DNA from: a virus
Taxonomy: Duplodnaviria > Caudoviricetes
IMG/VR virus record: IMGVR_UViG_3300025141_000018
Direction: 5' to 3' (one strand)
Length of the DNA: 64,000 nt
The position numbers were made by a program, and so were the translations under genes. Below the pieces are notes generated by a model. It had not been told where the DNA came from and ran no database searches. It was given only the letters and a program-made list of their open reading frames with translations. Shown one piece after another: positions 57,333-64,000 of the stretch; the stretch's first letter is position 1, and the number at the start of each line of letters is the position of its first letter.

Positions 57333-58492
57333 GTTTAAATAAAAGTAGTTACGATTTCACTAAAATCCCTTTTGATGATTTAGTTAGAGTCGGCCAACGT
57401 AATATGTTATATAGAGACCTATTTACAGTCTCTTGGTTGCTCGGCAGATTTTGTAACTATCAATGTTCATATTGTTGGACCCATGGAAGGAGTAACAAAC
57501 ATGATCATAGACCAACCGATATGTGTCTACGAGCCATTGACCGGATCAAAGAACAAGCACGAGAGCGTGACTTTAATAGTTTTCATTTTAGCCTCTCTGG
57601 GGGTGAGCCTACATTGCATCCTGGTTACCTCGATATATTACAGCACCTTAATGATGATGTAAGTAACACAAACTATACCAGTGTACATATGACTTCAAAT
57701 TGTTCACCGGGTATGAAGTGGTTTGGAGAATATGTTAAAGCAGTAAAAGATTTTCACAGAGCAAGTATTACATGCAGTTATCATCGAGAGTACATTAAAA
57801 ATCCTAAAAAGCAACAACAGTTAGCAGATAAGTTAGTGCTTTGTCAAGAACATGATGTACAAGTTACAATTAATTGTGTTATGGTTCCTGAGTGGTTTTG
57901 GTTAATAATGGACGAAGTAAACCTGTTTCATGAACGTGGCATTAATGTAACATTAAAACCACAAAGTGATCCTAATGCTAATTTTATCGTATCAGGATAC
58001 GATGATGAAATGCTTGAAATGTTGCATAATGGTATGCCTCAACGAGGGTTTACTGAAGCAAAAAACAAGCATGTCAAGCGACCCGAACCAACATTTGTCA
58101 AACGTCCCGACCCAATTTACTGGGAAGAAAATAATAATGTACCGCAACATTTTCAAGTAGAATTTAGAGATAAAGATAAAAAATATTGGTTTATGGATCA
58201 AGCCGAACGATTTAATGCCTTTGAATTTAATAAGTTTAAAGGGTGGGAATGTAGTAGTGGATATAGAGGTATTATAATACGTGAACCCGATGGTAGCATA
58301 AAACGTTCGTATAGTTGTGACGACGAAGCACTAGGATACATATATGACGATTTTAAGTTATTTGATGGACCAAAAGTTTGTATCAGTAAAACATGTGTAA
58401 GTTCAGCAGATAGTAAAATACCTAAACGTAAACCAGGAACTCAATTACCTTTGTGGCCAGGAGATAAAACATATGAGCTTCAATCTGTTTAA
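57329..58492 (+). CDS. Radical SAM protein (third subtype, C-terminal Cys cluster)
   Basis: VSWLLGRFCNYQCSYC, SGGEP, C-terminal WEC...C...C..SAD. Confidence 0.9.
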   Translation: MSLNKSSYDFTKIPFDDLVRVGQRNMLYRDLFTVSWLLGRFCNYQCSYCWTHGRSNKHDHRPTDMCLRAIDRIKEQARERDFNSFHFSLSGGEPTLHPGYLDILQHLNDDVSNTNYTSVHMTSNCSPGMKWFGEYVKAVKDFHRASITCSYHREYIKNPKKQQQLADKLVLCQEHDVQVTINCVMVPEWFWLIMDEVNLFHERGINVTLKPQSDPNANFIVSGYDDEMLEMLHNGMPQRGFTEAKNKHVKRPEPTFVKRPDPIYWEENNNVPQHFQVEFRDKDKKYWFMDQAERFNAFEFNKFKGWECSSGYRGIIIREPDGSIKRSYSCDDEALGYIYDDFKLFDGPKVCISKTCVSSADSKIPKRKPGTQLPLWPGDKTYELQSV

Positions 58493-59099
58493 TACTTTAA
58501 CGGCATACGGAGATCAATACGCCTTACGGTTACGTGTAGAATTAGATAAAGTATTATCGGAACTAGGTAATTTTGATAATAGTTGGACACCATATAATCC
58601 ACGAAAGAAAAATAATAGGTGGGGTTTAAGTATAACAAATTTAGATGGAAAACTTGGTGCAGGTCCTGATTTAGATAGTATACGAGAATATAATAAAGAA
58701 AATAATACAAATATAACCGAATTTAGTTTTACTGTACCTACACCAGTGTATGAGATTTTTAAAGATGTATGTGATCCAATTAAGCAATGGCTTATAAGAT
58801 GTCATGTATTACAATTAAGACCGGGCGGATACTTTCCAGCACATGTTGATAATTGTGGTACTAACATTGATTCATTTAGATTGATTATACCTTTAGAAAA
58901 TATGAATCCGGATCATAGTTGGTTTATGCTTGAAGATAAAATTGTACGATGGGAACACGGAGACGTATATTTTTTAAATACTTGCAAGCAACATACTTTA
59001 TTTAATGCTGGATTTAAAAATATGACAATGGTTGTTTTAAATGTAGTATTAGAAAAAGAAGTAGTAGATTATATATTAAGTTCAAAGGTTATGTATTAA
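58473..59099 (+). CDS. Asp/Asn beta-hydroxylase-like Fe(II)/2OG oxygenase
   Basis: RCH.L.L.PGGYFPAHVD, RLIIP, QHTLFN. Confidence 0.72.
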   Translation: MSFNLFNTLTAYGDQYALRLRVELDKVLSELGNFDNSWTPYNPRKKNNRWGLSITNLDGKLGAGPDLDSIREYNKENNTNITEFSFTVPTPVYEIFKDVCDPIKQWLIRCHVLQLRPGGYFPAHVDNCGTNIDSFRLIIPLENMNPDHSWFMLEDKIVRWEHGDVYFLNTCKQHTLFNAGFKNMTMVVLNVVLEKEVVDYILSSKVMY

Positions 59100-59641
59100 T
59101 GTATTGGGAAGAATTACCATATAAAATAGATGTAGATAAAATACAAGAAGCATGGGATGCAGTACGGTTAAAATCAGCTCTAGAAAAAACACGAAGAGGG
59201 TTAAATAATAGTACAGAAGGCATAATCCAATGGACGGATACTGCTCCAACTTTGCAAACTGCATTACAATATAGTCAATATTCGGAAAACAAATACATAG
59301 ATCCTTGTCGCCTAGCAATTAGAGACGTAGACTTCAAGGACATATTAGATTGTTATAAAGACACATATTTTGAAGAACTAATACAGGAATTTAAATTAGT
59401 AAGAACTAGATTATGTTTATTACAACCAAAATCAACATATAGTATTCATACCGACCCTACGTGGAGAATACAAATTCCTGTGCTAACAAATAAAGATAAT
59501 TACTTTATTTGGTTTGGCGATAACGTTGAGCTGAAGCATTTAGAAGTGGGCAAAGCATACAAAGTTAATACACCGATTAATCATACCTTTGCAAATTTCT
59601 CTAACAAAGAAAGAATACATTTATTAGGAATACCAACATGA
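59099..59641 (+). CDS. Asp/Asn beta-hydroxylase-like Fe(II)/2OG oxygenase
   Basis: RTRL..L.PK..YSIHTD...RIQIP..TN, NHTFAN.S..ERIHL. Confidence 0.75.
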   Translation: MYWEELPYKIDVDKIQEAWDAVRLKSALEKTRRGLNNSTEGIIQWTDTAPTLQTALQYSQYSENKYIDPCRLAIRDVDFKDILDCYKDTYFEELIQEFKLVRTRLCLLQPKSTYSIHTDPTWRIQIPVLTNKDNYFIWFGDNVELKHLEVGKAYKVNTPINHTFANFSNKERIHLLGIPT

Positions 59642-60435
59642 AACAACCAGCCGAACCTGGCGTACTTTGTACTGCTGGGCAATTTATCTTACAACAAACA
59701 AATGAAAAAGATACGTTAAATATGCCACCAGAATTTGAACCAGCGGTAAAAGCAATACGTATTGCAACATGTGAAGCAGTATCTAAAAGAATTAGACGAT
59801 GCCAACGTAACTGGGATCATTCAAAAACAGTACCGGACAAAGATGTAAAAATTTTAGCAGAGGTAGCAAAACATGCACCTAGCAAACAAGACGAAGGTTA
59901 TTACGATATTGCAATTATACAATCAAGAGAAATAATTGAACAAATTTATCCACACACAGATGGATTTACTGTTCACAATCCTGAAACAGGAAAATGGGAC
60001 ATAACACTTCTTAATGCACAAGCAAATGCCAATGTATTGTTTATTTGGCATCCTAAAGAACCTAACGCAAAGAGCAATAGAAATTTTTGGAACAAAACAA
60101 CAGGGCTAATACGGGACGAATATGAAGCAGAACGATTAGGGCAAACAAAACCAAATAATTCATTTAGTAGAGTTGTAGAAAATGCATATTGTGCTATGGG
60201 TTGCAGTATAACCGCAACTGCATGGACAGCCGCCGAAATGGGTTATGTAACTGGTATTAATAAAAATTTAAATATGGATGAAATTTCGGAAATTACCGGA
60301 ATGCCATTTCCGAGATTTAGTTTAGGAATAGGATTTCCTAAGTTGTCTGAGGATAAGTGGTATATATCAAACGAGGGTGATGAATATACTCAGCATTCAT
60401 TAAAAGAAAAAGAAGTAACAATAAAATATTTTTAA
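59638..60435 (+). CDS. Nitroreductase-family flavoprotein
   Basis: RRCQRNWD...V, APSKQ, AAEMGY.TG, LGIGFP. Confidence 0.7.
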   Translation: MKQPAEPGVLCTAGQFILQQTNEKDTLNMPPEFEPAVKAIRIATCEAVSKRIRRCQRNWDHSKTVPDKDVKILAEVAKHAPSKQDEGYYDIAIIQSREIIEQIYPHTDGFTVHNPETGKWDITLLNAQANANVLFIWHPKEPNAKSNRNFWNKTTGLIRDEYEAERLGQTKPNNSFSRVVENAYCAMGCSITATAWTAAEMGYVTGINKNLNMDEISEITGMPFPRFSLGIGFPKLSEDKWYISNEGDEYTQHSLKEKEVTIKYF

Positions 60436-60443
60436 AGGAAAAA

Positions 60444-61034
60444 GTGGTGAAATATACAAAACATACATTTCCTTGGGATCATTGGACAACAACGGAGACA
60501 CTACCCGAGGACATTGCCAGATGTTCATTTAACGCATGTACATCAAACAGAGCAACTCCGTATTCGTATGGAAAAAGGGCAAATTTTTTATACGAAAAAC
60601 GAAAATGGATTGGAAGTGCAGTATGGCAAAAACGACTCAATAAGGAATATCTTAATCCTGTTTTAACGCCATTCTTAAAGACTGAATGTAAGGATTATAT
60701 TACATTAGAAGAAACAGATAATTGGCGGGCAGAATGGATCTCAGATCCGCCCGGTTTTCATTTAGACCCACATAATGATATACCTGAGAAAAAAATGACA
60801 ATGATGGTATATTTAGGACGAAATGAAAATCAAGGAACATCATTATATGATGGCAAAGGGAAAATTAAAAATGTACCAAGTGGATATAATCAGGGTATGA
60901 TATTTTTCCCTGCAAAAAATACATCACATGGTTATCCACCAGCTCGGGCAGTTGATAATTATAGATACGCTCTCATAATTAATATTGTAGATAAAACATT
61001 TAAAGAAAAACCATACTGGCCCATAACACTTTAA
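60444..61034 (+). CDS. Fe(II)/2OG-dependent oxygenase
   Basis: FPWDHW, PHNDIPEK.MTM.VYL, GTSLY, SHGY, RY.LI; GTG start after aagga. Confidence 0.75.
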   Translation: MVKYTKHTFPWDHWTTTETLPEDIARCSFNACTSNRATPYSYGKRANFLYEKRKWIGSAVWQKRLNKEYLNPVLTPFLKTECKDYITLEETDNWRAEWISDPPGFHLDPHNDIPEKKMTMMVYLGRNENQGTSLYDGKGKIKNVPSGYNQGMIFFPAKNTSHGYPPARAVDNYRYALIINIVDKTFKEKPYWPITL

Positions 61035-62305
61035 TGGAATTTATAGATACTAAAGCACGTATTTTTAAAGTTACTAAAACCAAACATGATGTATTATTTT
61101 GGTATAATACGGATTCGTTTAACAATGAAACATGGACTCCAGATAATAAAATTATACTAGACCTATTAACCGCATGTAGAGAAAAGAAGCCTCTACGATT
61201 TCAAGGTAATTGGGCATATGTCTATATTTGTAAAGATTATTGGTTAGCCGCGGTTGACCATTATGCCAGCATAAATTTGTTTTTTAACAAAAAAATCATA
61301 ACACATAATTGGGAAATTATTAAACAAAAACCCAACGACTCCATTGGAATAGAACAACAATTTATATTACGCAGAATGCTTGTTGGATCTCGCACAACTG
61401 TTAAAAATGTTAAAAAAATACCTCCTGGATGCTATGCAATAAATGGCGAGATACACGAATATGCTAATTTTAGAGAACTAGAATTTCCTAATTCGTTACA
61501 GGTTGTTAAGAGTTTTGACAATCTCACTAATCATGTAAACGGACTCGTTTTATATAGTGGTGGTACTGATAGTTATATGTTAGCATGTCAAGGACAGGAT
61601 AAACATCGTTATGCCACAATAACAAGTCCAGATATAAAATATAACTTTCAAATTTCTAAACCGGGAATTGTAACAAAAGAAATAGAAGTAACTATGGAAT
61701 CTAGTTGGAGTGATGGATTGTTTACTGAACCAACTATGAATTACAAAATTCAAGCATTAAACGAACTCGGAGAAAATTATGTTGGGCAACATGTAATAAC
61801 AGGTGAAACAGGTAATGCTCCACTAATGGCTACCCATTTAGTTCATGCATATGTTAATGATCCTAGTATAAGTTTACAACGATATGCTGATAGTATAATA
61901 CGTTTATTACGGCACGATACACATTCGTGGGGTGTTGGAGAACCGGATGATAATTTAGAAAATGATTATCGTGATGGTTACAAAGAAATTAGCGATCATT
62001 TTATAAACAAGTTAAGAGATACACGTTACGATATGTTACGAAACTTAGTTACTATCTATGGAGAAGAACATACTAATTATAGATTATATCCTTATAGTCA
62101 AAATTTAAAATGGAATTGGTATCATCCGTTTTCAACCGCATTATGGGCATCATGCTATTTTCAAAATGAGATTGTTGCTAATCCAAAAAAGCATTTATTT
62201 TATATTGTTGCTACACGAAAAAAGTTTCCAATGCAACCATGGACAGTACCTAAAGTAGGAATGAGTATTCCAACAAAAGAAAAATATGTACGAACTAAGA
62301 CTTAA
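61034..62305 (+). CDS. Asparagine-synthetase-like ATP-dependent amide ligase lacking the Ntn Cys
   Basis: VKKIPPG, LYSGGTDS PP-loop, ITGE.G, HPF; no Cys at the N-terminus. Confidence 0.65.
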   Translation: MEFIDTKARIFKVTKTKHDVLFWYNTDSFNNETWTPDNKIILDLLTACREKKPLRFQGNWAYVYICKDYWLAAVDHYASINLFFNKKIITHNWEIIKQKPNDSIGIEQQFILRRMLVGSRTTVKNVKKIPPGCYAINGEIHEYANFRELEFPNSLQVVKSFDNLTNHVNGLVLYSGGTDSYMLACQGQDKHRYATITSPDIKYNFQISKPGIVTKEIEVTMESSWSDGLFTEPTMNYKIQALNELGENYVGQHVITGETGNAPLMATHLVHAYVNDPSISLQRYADSIIRLLRHDTHSWGVGEPDDNLENDYRDGYKEISDHFINKLRDTRYDMLRNLVTIYGEEHTNYRLYPYSQNLKWNWYHPFSTALWASCYFQNEIVANPKKHLFYIVATRKKFPMQPWTVPKVGMSIPTKEKYVRTKT

Positions 62306-63056
62306 AAATTTTATAATTTTTAGAAATGCTAAACTATACGATGAAATAGTTCCACAGATGCAAGAGCATTATTGTGATTTTCATGCATTTAGTTTAGATT
62401 TAAAACGACCGCTCGATGACAAATTACGTGAACATATGTGGACATTTCTAAATATAAAAGAAGATGTTAATATGATATTAGTTGGGTTACCCGATCTTGG
62501 TTTGCTAGCAAAAAGAAAAATTAGTTTTGATTGGTTACTGTTTAATGATTTAGTTAAGCCAGATAGAATAGCACACGAACAACAATTTGCAAAATTAGAT
62601 ATTGACATTCCTAAGTTTTCAACATTATGTGCCTGGTGGTTTAATTATGACAAATTTAAAACACTACGATATAAAAGTTTTGAAGCAGATAATGCCATGA
62701 CATTTCTTAACGAAACCGATGATCCGTATTTTAATGAAATAAGTTATAAAGCAAGAGTATTATTTGATTCTAAATTGCAAGATGTAAGTTATACATTTGA
62801 ACCAGTTTGTAGCAATAGACGAGTATTATCTAGTTACAATGAAAAGTATCCAATGATTGCTTGTAGAGCAGAAACAATGAGAGCTATTTCTGCAAAAAAA
62901 CGTATAGGGTATTGTGCCGGTTATATAAAGAATGATCTATTATATATTCATCATTGTAATGTTGTAAAAAGATATAGAGGATTAGGAATTGAAAAAGCAA
63001 TGGAACGTATAATATTTGATTATGCCGAAGGCGAAGGTGCTAAAACTATTCTATAG
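62286..63056 (+). CDS. Hypothetical protein with a C-terminal GNAT acetyltransferase-like motif
   Basis: YIHHCNV..RYRGLGI...M (motif A R/QxxGxG). Confidence 0.55.
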   Translation: MYELRLKNFIIFRNAKLYDEIVPQMQEHYCDFHAFSLDLKRPLDDKLREHMWTFLNIKEDVNMILVGLPDLGLLAKRKISFDWLLFNDLVKPDRIAHEQQFAKLDIDIPKFSTLCAWWFNYDKFKTLRYKSFEADNAMTFLNETDDPYFNEISYKARVLFDSKLQDVSYTFEPVCSNRRVLSSYNEKYPMIACRAETMRAISAKKRIGYCAGYIKNDLLYIHHCNVVKRYRGLGIEKAMERIIFDYAEGEGAKTIL

Positions 63057-63747
63057 AAAATGGAACAAAATCTCTAATTATTTTATTTGTTTTTTCTGTG
63101 GGTTCACCTGTTATTTGTAATAGTGGTCTGTCCTCCCAGCTCAGATTAAACGTTGCGTGAGGAACTGTTAACCAGTCAAACCACCAAGCATCTCCAGAAC
63201 GCCATCTATAAAAGAAATCATTTCCAAGTATTACTCCTTGTCCTGGTTCCCAATCTCTAAGAAACACAAGAAATCGTACTGTGGTACTAGTTCTATCACT
63301 TGCTAAAACTTTTTCTTTAGAAGGTTTTCCTGGCAAATTATCTACATGCCATAATAGATTATCTGTTGGATATTGTACATTATATTTCCATGTATAGTTT
63401 TCTAGCTCAAAGTATTCAAATGCTTTTCGCATGTTAGGAAAATTATCTAATGAAATATCTTTTTCACGTTTAGGCCAAACAACTGATCTAAACATAGGTT
63501 GATCTGGATTTCCACCTAAGTCTCTAAGTTCTTTATCTTCAATTACATTTCCCTTAGAAGGTTTATTTGAGGCGTGCCCATAATTTTGTTCATTATATAG
63601 AGCATCTTTTACATACTTGTTTGCTTCGGGCCATTCTTTACTAAAGTCAAAATGAAATCGGCCTACTCGTTTAAAGTCTCCATTTGGACTATCTACTTGA
63701 TATTTGTTGAAGTGGTACACTCTCTTTTCCTTTATATAATGCGGCAC
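63046..63747 (-). CDS. Fe(II)/2OG oxygenase/cupin-like protein
   Basis: WHVD, RFLVFL.DWEPG, W.SGD..WFDW..VPHAT.N....RPLLQITG. Confidence 0.7.
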   Translation of the reverse strand: MPHYIKEKRVYHFNKYQVDSPNGDFKRVGRFHFDFSKEWPEANKYVKDALYNEQNYGHASNKPSKGNVIEDKELRDLGGNPDQPMFRSVVWPKREKDISLDNFPNMRKAFEYFELENYTWKYNVQYPTDNLLWHVDNLPGKPSKEKVLASDRTSTTVRFLVFLRDWEPGQGVILGNDFFYRWRSGDAWWFDWLTVPHATFNLSWEDRPLLQITGEPTEKTNKIIRDFVPFSIE

Positions 63748-64000
63748 TTACCGTAAGTTCGTCTATTTCATAAGGTGGGTCTTTAATATAATTTATCATT
63801 TCTGGCCAGTTCCGTGTAAGCCAGTTTTCAGTATTAATTCCTTTTTGCCATGTTATGTTATTTTTCTTTGAAAACTCAGCAATGCATCTTAATTCTACAT
63901 TAATTTGACGCCACATGTTTTCTTCTGTGCCATACCATTTATATGTAGGATATTGAATATGCCATCCGCCGGCTTCAAACCACCAATCAAAACATATTTG
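63689..64000 (-). CDS. 5'-truncated hypothetical protein
   Basis: The minus frame is open to the window edge: QICFDWWFEAGGWHIQYPTYKWYGTEENMWRQINVE... Confidence 0.65.
   Translation of the reverse strand, partial: QICFDWWFEAGGWHIQYPTYKWYGTEENMWRQINVELRCIAEFSKKNNITWQKGINTENWLTRNWPEMINYIKDPPYEIDELTVSAALYKGKESVPLQQISSR

Noticed and set aside
61034-62305. Lasso-peptide or other classical RiPP cluster
   Set aside because: No precursor ORF, RRE/PqqD or B-protease was recognised, and the intergenic space is too small to hide a precursor.
4183-62608. Numerous short antisense or nested ORFs in the track (e.g. 4183-4470, 12471-12764, 26532-27191, 36375-36740, 47108-47440)
   Set aside because: They lie fully within motif-bearing genes, are hydrophobic shadow translations of AT-rich codons and show no motifs.
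1-64000. Stop-codon reassignment (common in some jumbo phages)
   Set aside because: TAA, TAG (e.g. nadE 22757-22759) and TGA (e.g. 4608-4610) all end full-length proteins next to the following start; coding density is already near complete with code 11.
1-64000. tRNA/rRNA genes, integrase, transposase, intrinsic terminators
   Set aside because: None recognised; the gaps are too short for RNA genes and no GC-rich hairpin plus U-tract was seen at the convergent junctions.

Overview
AT-rich, almost gap-free window (about 70 CDS, 66 on the + strand, most overlapping their neighbours). It is best read as part of a large tailed-phage genome. The support is indirect: operon-style ATGA/TAATG coupling, SD-like motifs, T4-late-like TATAAATA boxes and a truncated virion-type protein with (Gly-Tyr-Ser)n repeats; no capsid, terminase or polymerase gene lies inside the window. 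After that structural gene comes a ~62 kb tailoring-enzyme super-cluster. It holds 13 radical SAM proteins (10 with an N-terminal twitch/SPASM-like domain), about 11 Fe(II)/2OG or cupin oxygenases (one Kdo-hydroxylase-like), 8 glycosyltransferase-like genes, 4-6 sulfotransferase-like genes, 5 SGNH-like genes and 2 methyltransferase-like genes. Single-copy genes include a UDP-sugar dehydrogenase, NadE, an epimerase/isomerase/kinase-nucleotidyltransferase/phosphatase sugar module, a carbamoyltransferase, an amidinotransferase, a PLP enzyme, an SDR, a nitroreductase, an AsnB-like ligase and a GNAT. The working hypothesis (inference) is a late-expressed virion protein/glycan hypermodification pathway. 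Signs of recent rearrangement are directly visible: a 29-bp start-codon duplication, 37-40-bp near-identical patches shared between divergent genes, and an inverted gene bounded by a 7-bp direct repeat. All family assignments come from motif recognition by eye; no database searches were run.
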